Source: an uncultured Verrucomicrobiae bacterium
GTDB lineage: Bacteria > Verrucomicrobiota > Verrucomicrobiia > Limisphaerales > Palsa-1400
Assembly: GCA_963764165.1 (NCBI GenBank)
Contig: CAVXRD010000001.1
Span: 32,001-96,000 of the forward strand
DNA: 64,000 bases
Reading direction: 5' to 3'
Made by a program: the position numbers and the translations under genes. Shown one piece after another: positions 30,749 to 39,518 of the stretch; position 1 is the stretch's first letter; each line of letters begins with the position of its first letter. The notes under the pieces are model-generated. The model saw only the letters and a program-made list of their open reading frames with translations, was not told the DNA's origin and ran no database searches.

Positions 30749-31261
30749 ATGAACGAACAAATACCGTTGTTTCCGGGGTTCGACATCGTGAAGCCGTTTA
30801 AGTTTCCCCCGCAGCCTTATGAATATAAGGTGACGGCCTTGCGGGAGTGTCCGACACCGGAACACATGCAGGAATGCGACACGCCCGCGAAAGTAGCCGA
30901 TTATTGGCGCAGGCACGTTCCCGCCCATCCGTATTTCAGCCCGGAATGTGAGTGTTTCGTTGTCTTGATTCTCAACACCCGCCGCAGGGTGAAAGGTCAT
31001 TACTTAGTCAGTGTCGGCACGATGGACTGTATTCTTGTCCACCCAAGGGAAGTTTTCAGACTCGCGATTATGACCGCCGCATCCGGCATAGTGTTGACTC
31101 ACAATCACCCCAGCGGCGAGGAATCGCCTTCCGAGGCTGACATAAAGGTGACGCGTGACCTGATGCGCGCCGGGCAGCTTCTCAAAATCGAAGTCATTGA
31201 CCACGTAGTTATCGGCAACCCCGGCCATGTTTCACTTCGTGAACTTGGTTATCTCTCTTGA
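30749..31261 (+). CDS. radC: RadC-like JAB domain protein
   Basis: ECFVVLILN, VHPREVFR, HNHPSG..SPSEAD, IDHVVIG. Confidence 0.92.
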   Translation: MNEQIPLFPGFDIVKPFKFPPQPYEYKVTALRECPTPEHMQECDTPAKVADYWRRHVPAHPYFSPECECFVVLILNTRRRVKGHYLVSVGTMDCILVHPREVFRLAIMTAASGIVLTHNHPSGEESPSEADIKVTRDLMRAGQLLKIEVIDHVVIGNPGHVSLRELGYLS

Positions 31262-31265
31262 ACCC

Positions 31266-31460
31266 ATGAAACGCAACAAACGCCGCTTGCCTGTTCCGCA
31301 GCACGAGTTTGGTTTTGTGCCCGATACGTTCACCCTGATTCAGGAAAACGGACTGGACGGAGACCGTCTGGCCCGCGAACGCGCCGAGGCAGACCGCGCC
31401 CGGATAATTGCCGAGAAAGCGCAAGCGGCTTTGTTCAACCCATCACCACGCAAAAACTGA
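31266..31460 (+). CDS. Small hypothetical protein
   Basis: Tightly packed between the radC-like gene and the next gene. Confidence 0.55.
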   Translation: MKRNKRRLPVPQHEFGFVPDTFTLIQENGLDGDRLARERAEADRARIIAEKAQAALFNPSPRKN

Positions 31461-31461
31461 T

Positions 31462-31863
31462 ATGAACACGAACGAAAACGAATCGCCCTTTGGGCCAATT
31501 GTTTACACCTACACCCGCGCCCAAGCCCTTGCCGACGGCGTGCAGGTTGACGTGACCGCCACCGCGCAGGAAGCCGGAATTCGGTTTCCCGTATTCCTGA
31601 CCCGCACAGTCTTTGACGCCTACGTGACCGTTCCGCCTAACGTGGACGGCCAAGACAAAGCCGGGAGACTTTGGGACGTGCTTACCCTCTTACGGCACGC
31701 CATCCGAACGGCACGGCCCGGACAAGACCGATTGCCGTTTGCGCTCTACGTGCGCAACGACAACCGCCGCGCAAAACTCGTGAAGCTGATCGCCGCTTGC
31801 GGCGCAAATGACATCGACGATCCCCAGCCCGCCATTACGGTAATGATGCCGGGGGAGGATTGA
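31462..31863 (+). CDS. DUF6573-like protein
   Basis: YTYTRAQALADGV.VDV, EAGIRFPVFLT, GQD..GRLWDVL, ITVMMPGED. Confidence 0.72.
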   Translation: MNTNENESPFGPIVYTYTRAQALADGVQVDVTATAQEAGIRFPVFLTRTVFDAYVTVPPNVDGQDKAGRLWDVLTLLRHAIRTARPGQDRLPFALYVRNDNRRAKLVKLIAACGANDIDDPQPAITVMMPGED

Positions 31864-31881
31864 TCGCCCGAAAACACAAAT

Positions 31882-31916
31882 GTGGCTAGACCGGCAACGG
31901 TTTGGCCGCTTTTTTT
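31882..31916 (+). terminator. Intrinsic terminator
   Basis: GTGGCTAGACCG-GCAA-CGGTTTGGCCGC followed by T7. Confidence 0.8.
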
Positions 31917-32288
31917 GCGATTGGGGACTTGCGCCGTCCCCAAACCCCCACCGCCAGAGGCATGGCCTCTGGACTCCATCACTCGCTTGCGCTGGCTTTT
32001 CCGCTTTCGCGCCCTTTCCGACATCGCGGAAAGGATATTGTTTGAAATCACCGGCACCGCCGAAATTCTGGCGGGTCAAACGAGCGTGCCACTGTCAGTA
32101 AAACCTCCAGTAAAAGCACCTGAAAGTTACCAAAAATAGTGGCGAGTTACGGCGAATTTTTATTGATTTTCAGAGGGAAAAGCCGTATTTTCCTCTTGTC
32201 TGAATTCGATAGACAGACTGTGTCCATCTGTGGCTTCCCCCTAAGTGAACGATCTCGGAAAGATTGCGGGCGCCTGGCCAAATCGCAA

Positions 32289-32939
32289 TTACTTTTGTTC
32301 AGTGACGGAGGAAAGACGGGCAGATGCGGCGTTTTTATAAGTGATGAGCGCGCGGAACTTCCAAACTTTCCCCGGTTCGATAACGTCGGTGTAATCGGTT
32401 GCGGCGCCGATTTTCTTTTTGTGCTCATCTATAATCTCCAATTCCACTTTAACGCCGAAGCGTTGATCGGTGGTGCTATTGGTTAACGCTCCCACCGCGT
32501 AAATAAGGCTTCCCTGCCCCGCCTTTTCCAGGACGACGCGGCTTGGCTGCAAGCCCTGCCAAAGGTCAACGGGCGGCTTCGGCTTCGGCGGCGGAGCGGA
32601 CGTCTGAACGAGCGCCGGCATGTTGGAGAGGGGTGTGGCGTTGGTGGCGGCAACTGTCTTGGCAGGTGGCGGCTCGGCGGCATGCTTTTGCAGCAGCACA
32701 AACGCCAGACCCGCCGCGCCCGCCATGATAATCACCGCGATGGCGACGCTGATAAATGTGGGCTTGCCGCCTTTCTCGCCGCCGTCGCCTTCAACAATTT
32801 TGGTATTGGGAAGCGAAAGAAGCGTCGGCCATTTGCAATGCGGGCAATTGATTTGCCGGCCAGCCCCTTCAATAGGGAACTCGATGGGGCCACCACAGTG
32901 TTGACAGGTGCATCGAGCAAAACTTTCTGGTTGGGGCAT
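32289..32939 (-). CDS. Zinc-ribbon, TM and FxLYD-like domain protein
   Basis: CQHC...CPHC, TM, Pro linker, GALTN...VKVELEIID...IEPGKVWKF. Confidence 0.75.
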   Translation of the reverse strand: MPQPESFARCTCQHCGGPIEFPIEGAGRQINCPHCKWPTLLSLPNTKIVEGDGGEKGGKPTFISVAIAVIIMAGAAGLAFVLLQKHAAEPPPAKTVAATNATPLSNMPALVQTSAPPPKPKPPVDLWQGLQPSRVVLEKAGQGSLIYAVGALTNSTTDQRFGVKVELEIIDEHKKKIGAATDYTDVIEPGKVWKFRALITYKNAASARLSSVTEQK

Positions 32940-33071
32940 GCCTATTAGACGAACCAGAGGTTACTGCGCTTCATGCCTGATGACAATTCATTTTGCGGAC
33001 GTGCAGCAGGTTGGGCGCAGACAATTTTATAGCCCGTCTGCCTGCGCTGGCAGGCAAAAGGATCAAGTGCA

Positions 33072-33370
33072 GCCGCAAATGGGCGCAGATGAACGCAGAT
33101 AAAAAGTCGAAAAAAGTTCGGGTGAGGCAGAGGGCAAGCCGGGTTAGTGATTCGACAGCGCAATGCCGAATTGGAGCACCGAAATCCCGTTCAATACAAG
33201 GGCGCGAACGCCGGTGATTACTCCGCCGACTATTTGGTCGGAGGCCGGGTCATTGTCGAATTGAAAGCGGCACCTGAATGCCAGACAGCCGGCGCAGCAA
33301 AATTACTCATCAATGGAAAGCCACCGGCATTGGAGCAGGGTTGCTTATCAACTCGGTCGCGCCAGAGTCG
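33072..33370 (+). pseudogene. GxxExxY-family nuclease remnant with CGCAGAT-type repeats
   Basis: CGCAAATGGGCGCAGATGAACGCAGAT followed by PVQYKG..AGDYSADYLV..RVIVELKA, then frame decay. Confidence 0.6.
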
Positions 33371-33619
33371 AATCCAAGCCCGCAAAGAGCATGAGCGGAA
33401 CGACGATCCCGCCGGTGCAAAACAGGCTGTAAAGCACTACCGCAAAAGTTCCGATAACCTTCCGCCGCAGCGCAAGCTGCCCCGTGCGCCAGCGCATTAC
33501 CGCGACCAGCGGCGGAAATAGCAGCGTCACAGCGCAAATTTTGTTCTTATTGAATGTCCGAACATCCTCTCTGCGGGATTGTAGTTGGCAGGAATTTGGT
33601 TACAATGAAAATTACTTGA

Positions 33620-34861
33620 ATGGCAAACGACCCCCACAACCAGGCCGGCGGGAGCGAAGGCGGCTCCGGCATGCCGCAGTTTCCGAACACGGCCTACTTC
33701 GCCAAGCACCCGATGCCGGAAGTTCCGCAGAGCAAGCCGTTGCAATGGTTTTTGCTACTGGCATTCGTGGTTACCGGAGCGTCGTATGTGGTTGGACTTT
33801 GGACGGAGGACAAAGCCGAAATGGTCAAGACCGCCACGAGCCGCATCCGGCAGGCAACCCATCGCCAATCCGATTTTTCCCAGCACATGGCAGCGGGGGA
33901 GAAACTTTTCGCATCGAATCAATTTGATAAAGCTGAGCGCGAGTTCCGCCTCGCCCTGCTGCGCCAGGAGTCCGCGGAGGCGCACCAGCGCCTTGGCGCG
34001 ATTTACATCAAGCAAGGCAATGCGGAGGCTGGTTTTGCGGAATATCGGGAGGCCATCAAGGCAGATCCGACGAATAACGCCCCCGCCACCAGCGCATTGG
34101 CGCTCGCCATGCTCGCACAGGGGAAGACTGACGATGCGGAGCGCATCATTCGCAGTTCGCTCGCGCAAAATCCCAATTCCGGTTCGCTGCATTACGATTT
34201 GGCCGCGACGCTTCTTCAAACGCGTGTCGAAACAGAGGGCCGCCACCGCGCCGCGGTGGATTCTGGAAATGCCAAAGAGGCCGCTGATGCTGAATCACGT
34301 TCAAGGAGCCTGGCGGCGGACGCTTTGAAAGAATTTGCCGAGGCGGAAAAAAATCAATTTGACAGCGCCGAATTCTGGACCCGTTACGGCGCGTTGTTGA
34401 ACGAATCCCATCGATTTGCCGAAGCGGAAACGCGCTTGCGCAAAGCCGTTTCGGAGGATCCGAAATCGGGCTCCGCGCATTTTGAGCTGGGCGCGGCAGG
34501 CTTGCAGCTGGGTCATTACGCGGAGGCCATCGAACATTTCAACACAGCTCTCACCATCACGCCAGACGACCCGAACACCTTGATCGAAATGGCGCTTTTA
34601 TACGCAACCGCGACGAATTCAGAAGTGCGAAGCCCCAAGATGGCCGTCCAGCTTGCCACCCGGGCAACAGACGCGACGACGAGCCAGAACATCCATTACA
34701 TGGACACCCTGGCCCGCTGTTACGCCGCCGACGGAGATTTTTTCGGGGCCATCGCCTGGGAAAACAAAGCCATCCACCGCGCGACCCAATTGAATGAGAT
34801 GAGCCAGTTGCATGATTTGCAAGGGCGCCTCGCCCAGTTCATGGAGCATCACACTAATTAA
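33620..34861 (+). CDS. Membrane-anchored TPR protein
   Basis: N-terminal TM, multiple TPRs, AVQLATRA...MDTLARCYA. Confidence 0.85.
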   Translation: MANDPHNQAGGSEGGSGMPQFPNTAYFAKHPMPEVPQSKPLQWFLLLAFVVTGASYVVGLWTEDKAEMVKTATSRIRQATHRQSDFSQHMAAGEKLFASNQFDKAEREFRLALLRQESAEAHQRLGAIYIKQGNAEAGFAEYREAIKADPTNNAPATSALALAMLAQGKTDDAERIIRSSLAQNPNSGSLHYDLAATLLQTRVETEGRHRAAVDSGNAKEAADAESRSRSLAADALKEFAEAEKNQFDSAEFWTRYGALLNESHRFAEAETRLRKAVSEDPKSGSAHFELGAAGLQLGHYAEAIEHFNTALTITPDDPNTLIEMALLYATATNSEVRSPKMAVQLATRATDATTSQNIHYMDTLARCYAADGDFFGAIAWENKAIHRATQLNEMSQLHDLQGRLAQFMEHHTN

Positions 34862-34874
34862 GGGACGCCTCGGC

Positions 34875-36559
34875 CGAGACTGTCTCAAAACGTTTTAGTC
34901 TGGCCGATCTGGTTATATGGGCACCAATAGGGGCTGTGGAAACGGGTGTCAACTTTTAGTTGTCAGAGCGTGGCTGGCGTCAGCGATGACGCCAAGCTTC
35001 CCTTTCCCTCCTTTTTTAGGCCGCCATCGCCAAATTTCCTTCAACCGCGGCGGTTTTGACTTCCATTTTCGGCGTCTGGACCCGGGCCTGCCACTTTTTA
35101 TAGAGGATTCGCAGGTTCAAGGTGGCGCATAACAAGGCCCATTGGGCTTGCACGGCTTCCAGACCCCAAACTGTCCAACGCCGAAAGCCGTCGTGTTGCT
35201 TGAGCTGCCCAAACCGGCGTTCGATGATCTCTTTGCGCTTTCCATAAAGCGCGGCGGGTCCTGGCTCTTGCAGCCGGGCCCGCATGGCTTGCACCAGCGT
35301 GGTGTGCGGCCACACTTCGACTTGCCGCCCTTTGGGATCGCGGCTGCAGAGGGCGCGCACGGGACAGTCTCGGTGATGGCAGCGGAAGCGCTCAACGGTC
35401 TGGCCTTTCTTGGTGGTCTGGCCTTCGTGGTCCAGAAGGCGCTCTTGCGGGCAGGTGACGGTGTGGGCCGCCTCGTCATAATGAAAATGCTGCGTCGCGT
35501 AGGCGTTGTCGTGGGCTGGCTTGCCCTCCGCCGGCGGGGCCAGCACATTCATCTGCTGTTCCACGGCCGCTTTCAAGTCGGCCCCGCCCCCATAGCCGGC
35601 GTCGGCGGCGGTGAGGGTTGGAATGGCCGCCGGACCGAGGTTTTGCCTCGCTTCTTCAATCATGGGGACCAGCTGGCCGGCGTCGGTTTCCTGGCGGGTG
35701 GCTTGACAGGCGACCATGATGCCCTCCTGGCTGTCGGCCACCGCCTGGGCGTTGTAGGCAAAGCGGTTGGTGTCGCCGACTTTCATCCGGCGCGCCTCCG
35801 GTTCGGCTGGATGGTAATGGTGGCGCCCGTCGGCCTGCAGCTGGGCCAGGCCTTTTTTGATTTCCTCGCGCAGGGCCTGGCGCTGGGCCAACCCGGCGGG
35901 CAGCCGGCAGCCCGGTGCGCTGGAATCCTGGTTCTCCGCCACGACTTTGAGCTCGATTTCCTCCAAGGCGCCATCCAGCTGGGCCAGGAGCTTCTCCATG
36001 TAAACCTTGCTCCAGCCCTGCGGCCCGCTGCAGGCGGCTTGAATCTTGGTGCCGTCCAACGCTTGCAAGGCAAATCCCACCGCCCCGGTGCGGAGGGCCA
36101 GCTGCACGGTTTGCTTGAAAACCTGGCGCAGGGCCTTTTTGTTTCCGTCCCAGAACCGCCAGAGGCTGTTGTGGTCGGGGGCGTTGAGCCCCGTCAGCCA
36201 CAGCAGCGAGACATGCTCCGTGCAGGCGGTTTCCAGCTTGCGGGTGGAGCGAATGCGGTGGAAATAACCGTAAAGCCAAATCTTGAGCAGGAGGCTGGGG
36301 GCATAGGGCGGACGGCCTTCGGCGGCGGCGGGAATGACAAACCCAAGCTGGGGCAGATCCAACTGGTCGACAAATTCGCGCAGGAAGCGGGCGGGATGGT
36401 CGGCGGACACCCAGTCCTCCAGGGCGGGCGGGAGGAGGAACTGCTGTCCGTAATCAGGGGCAATCGGTTGAGCCATATTTGTTGAACGGCATTGTCAACT
36501 AAAGGCTCACATATTGTCAAATACATTCCTCAAAAAACAGAAGTTTTGAGACAATCTCG
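34875..36559 (-). mobile_element. IS1182-family insertion sequence (~1685 bp) inserted in a REP loop
   Basis: TIRs CGAGACTGTCTCAAAAC / CGAGATTGTCTCAAAAC (reverse complement); flanks are the two halves of GGACGCCTCGGCGAGGCGTCC. Confidence 0.9.
35016..36476 (-). CDS. IS1182-family transposase
   Basis: QQFLLPP, GRPPYAP, STRKLE, PDHNSLWRF, LDGTKI, AYNAQ, ADAGY, ERRFGQLK. Confidence 0.92.
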   Translation of the reverse strand: MAQPIAPDYGQQFLLPPALEDWVSADHPARFLREFVDQLDLPQLGFVIPAAAEGRPPYAPSLLLKIWLYGYFHRIRSTRKLETACTEHVSLLWLTGLNAPDHNSLWRFWDGNKKALRQVFKQTVQLALRTGAVGFALQALDGTKIQAACSGPQGWSKVYMEKLLAQLDGALEEIELKVVAENQDSSAPGCRLPAGLAQRQALREEIKKGLAQLQADGRHHYHPAEPEARRMKVGDTNRFAYNAQAVADSQEGIMVACQATRQETDAGQLVPMIEEARQNLGPAAIPTLTAADAGYGGGADLKAAVEQQMNVLAPPAEGKPAHDNAYATQHFHYDEAAHTVTCPQERLLDHEGQTTKKGQTVERFRCHHRDCPVRALCSRDPKGRQVEVWPHTTLVQAMRARLQEPGPAALYGKRKEIIERRFGQLKQHDGFRRWTVWGLEAVQAQWALLCATLNLRILYKKWQARVQTPKMEVKTAAVEGNLAMAA

Positions 36560-36720
36560 GCGAGGCGTCCCTACCTTTACACAGTGAAGATTTGTGGTTG
36601 CGCGGCGCGGTGTTGTTGGTTATCCAAGATGGTGACGATTCTCTTGAGGGGCAGAATCACTCTCGTTCGCAGTGGCCCGCTTCCCTCCCGCAATCGTAAT
36701 GAGTTGATTGGAGAAAATTT

Positions 36721-39486
36721 ATGAAAATTCAGAATTTGATCGTCGCGCTCTCAGTGTCGGCCGCCGTTGCCACCCCCGCCTGGGCCTCGCCGAGTCCTGT
36801 CGATGAACCCCTGCCCCTCGTCGGCACCGCCGCGCATGGCCACACTTATCCCGGCGCCACGGTCCCGTTCGGCATGGTGCAATTAAGCCCGGACACGCCG
36901 ATTGAGGGATGGGACGGCTGCTCGGGTTATCATTACACGGATTCGGCCATCGTCGGATTCAGCCATACCCATCTGAGCGGCACGGGTTGCGGATGCCTCG
37001 GGGACATTTTGCTGATGCCAACGGTCGGAGAGATCCAATTCGGCGGTTACAGTTCGCCATTCTCCCACAGCTCCGAGCACGCCACACCCGGCCGCTACAG
37101 CGTTTTTCTCGATGGCCCGAAAGTCGCCGTTGATTTGACTGCGACGCCCCGGTGCGGATTCCACAAATACACGTTCCCGGCTACCGATAGCGCGCACATC
37201 ATTCTTGATCTGGCGCATGGCGTTGGAAACAATTCGGTTGACACGAGCATCACGGTTGAGAACGACACCACGGTCAGCGGATGGCGGGCTTCCGACGGCT
37301 GGGGTGGCCGCCGGGTGGCTTATTTCGTCATGCAATTCTCCAAGCCATTCGCCTCCGTGGCGATGGAGCGCGATGGCACACGGCTGCCCGCCGATGCCCG
37401 CGCTGGCAAAGGCAAGGGCGTGAAGGCGGCGTTCAACTACACCACCGCCGCCAATGATGCGATCCTCGTCAAGGTCGGCATTTCCGGCACCGGTGTCGAA
37501 GGCGCGCGCAAGAATCTTGCGGCGGAAATTCCGGCGTGGGATTTCGATGCGGCGCGTTCGGATGCCGTTGCGCAATGGCAGAAGGTGTTCAGCGCGGCGG
37601 ACGTTGAATCCTTCGACCCGCGCATTCGCACCACCTTTTATGCGAACCTCTATTTAAGCTGCCTCGCCCCCACCTTGTTCAACGATGTGGATGGCGCCTA
37701 TCGCGGAATGGACAAGACCAATCACGCGTCCCCCGGTTTTCAGAATTACACGACGTTCTCGCTGTGGGACACCTATCGCGCGGAAAACCCGCTGATGACA
37801 ATTTTGCAACCGGGCCGCGTCGATGACATCGTCAAAACGCTGCTCGCGGAATACAAGGAAAACGGCCAGCACACGACGCCGATTTGGCCGCTATGGGGCA
37901 ACGAGACTTGGTGCATGATTGGTTACCATTCGGTCTCCGTCATCGCCGATGCGTATTTGAAAGGCTTCAATGGATTCGATGCGGAAACGGCTTACAAAGC
38001 GCTCCGTGACACGGCGATGCAGAATCGCAATGGTCTGAAGACGTATAAGGAAAACGGCTGGGTCGCATCCAAGCCGCACGAAGAGGCAACTTCCAAAACC
38101 ATTGAATATTCCTTTGACGACTGGAGCCTTGCCCGCATGGCGGAATCGCTTGGACACAAGGAGGACGCGGAAGTCTTTTACAAACGCGCCGCCAATTATC
38201 GCAATTTGTTCGACGGCACGACGAAATTCTTCCGCGGCCGCAAGGCCAACGGCACGTGGCGCTCCCCTTTCGTGACGAACGCGCTGGTCGGCGACGAATA
38301 CACCGAGGCCGATGCGTGGCAATACGCTTTCGGAATTCAGCAGGACGTTCCAGGAATGATCGCGCTTTACGGCGGTGATCAGGCTTTTATGGACAAACTT
38401 GATTCGCTGTTCACGGCAGATTCGAAAATCCAGACCAGCATTCCCGACATCAGCGGATTAATCGGCCAGTATTCGCAGGGTGACGAGCAGTGCCATCACG
38501 TGGCGTATTTGTATGACTACGCGGGCGCGCCCTACAAAACGCAAGCGCACCTGCGCGAAGTCATGGCCAAGGAATACGACGACACGCCGTCGGGCCAATG
38601 CGGCAATGCGGATTGCGGCCAGATGTCGGCCTGGTATGTGTTCAGCGCGATGGGATTCTACCCGATGAATCCGGACAGCGGTGTTTACGCCATAGGCAGC
38701 CCGGTCGTCACCAAGGCGACCCTTCGCCTTGACCCGGTGAAATACCAGGGACACACCTTCACGGTTGAGGCCGAGAACAATTCTCCGGAAAACATCTACA
38801 TCCAATCCGCCACCTTGAATGGAAAGCCACTTAACCGCGCCTGGATCACCCACAAGGAAGTGACCGGCGGCGGCGTGCTGCATTTCGTGATGGGCGCGCA
38901 GCCCAATAAGGAATGGGCCAGCGCGAAGGAAGATCGCCCGCCCGCCACCATGCCGGCCAACTTCCAATATGCGGCCTTGCCGGAACCCGCTTCAGACAAA
39001 CCCGTCAGTCTCGCCCTTCCCATCAGGATCATTTGCGGCAGCGACGAGGAAGCAGGCGGATTCATACCCGACCCGAATATGTACGACGGCGCGACCAACG
39101 AGCGCCGCACCCACGTCGATACCAGCGTCCCGCACGCCGCCCCATCGCGTGTCTATCAATGCGAACGTTACGCGCAGGATTTCTCCTACACCTTCGCCGT
39201 GCCGAAGGGCCACCAATACCACGTCCGCCTGCATTTCGCGGAAATTTTTGACAATCAAGCCGGTCAGCGCGTTGAGAACATTAACATCAACGGCCAGCCA
39301 GCCTTGAAGGACTTTGATCCGTTCACGGCGGCCGGTGGCATCGACAGAGCCATCGTCAAGGAATTCGAGCACATCGCGCCTGACTCGAATGGCAATATCG
39401 TCATTCGTGTGATGGCCGCGCCAAACGCTCCCGATCAAAACGCGAAGATTAGCGGCATCGAGATTCTGGAAGAAACGGGGGCTTAA
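36721..39486 (+). CDS. GH92 alpha-mannosidase with C-terminal malectin domain
   Basis: Signal peptide, PGATVPFGMVQLSPD, GFSHTHLSGTG, FSLWDTYRA, GQMSAWYVF; malectin VRLHFAEIF, AKISGIEI. Confidence 0.93.
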   Translation: MKIQNLIVALSVSAAVATPAWASPSPVDEPLPLVGTAAHGHTYPGATVPFGMVQLSPDTPIEGWDGCSGYHYTDSAIVGFSHTHLSGTGCGCLGDILLMPTVGEIQFGGYSSPFSHSSEHATPGRYSVFLDGPKVAVDLTATPRCGFHKYTFPATDSAHIILDLAHGVGNNSVDTSITVENDTTVSGWRASDGWGGRRVAYFVMQFSKPFASVAMERDGTRLPADARAGKGKGVKAAFNYTTAANDAILVKVGISGTGVEGARKNLAAEIPAWDFDAARSDAVAQWQKVFSAADVESFDPRIRTTFYANLYLSCLAPTLFNDVDGAYRGMDKTNHASPGFQNYTTFSLWDTYRAENPLMTILQPGRVDDIVKTLLAEYKENGQHTTPIWPLWGNETWCMIGYHSVSVIADAYLKGFNGFDAETAYKALRDTAMQNRNGLKTYKENGWVASKPHEEATSKTIEYSFDDWSLARMAESLGHKEDAEVFYKRAANYRNLFDGTTKFFRGRKANGTWRSPFVTNALVGDEYTEADAWQYAFGIQQDVPGMIALYGGDQAFMDKLDSLFTADSKIQTSIPDISGLIGQYSQGDEQCHHVAYLYDYAGAPYKTQAHLREVMAKEYDDTPSGQCGNADCGQMSAWYVFSAMGFYPMNPDSGVYAIGSPVVTKATLRLDPVKYQGHTFTVEAENNSPENIYIQSATLNGKPLNRAWITHKEVTGGGVLHFVMGAQPNKEWASAKEDRPPATMPANFQYAALPEPASDKPVSLALPIRIICGSDEEAGGFIPDPNMYDGATNERRTHVDTSVPHAAPSRVYQCERYAQDFSYTFAVPKGHQYHVRLHFAEIFDNQAGQRVENININGQPALKDFDPFTAAGGIDRAIVKEFEHIAPDSNGNIVIRVMAAPNAPDQNAKISGIEILEETGA

Positions 39487-39518
39487 GGTCAGCGCTTCAA
39501 AGCTGAAGTTGCTTTTTG

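Larger units (their letters stand above)
19090..32190. mobile_element. Degenerate integrative mobilizable/genomic island (boundaries approximate)
   Basis: att fragment at left; relaxase remnant, oriT-like site, T4CP, radC-like gene, AT-richer cargo, IS5; arm-like repeats at 32096-32115; no integrase. Confidence 0.65.

Noticed and set aside
35142..36485. 447-aa antisense ORF over the IS1182 transposase
   Set aside because: Shadow of GC-rich codon usage; no motifs
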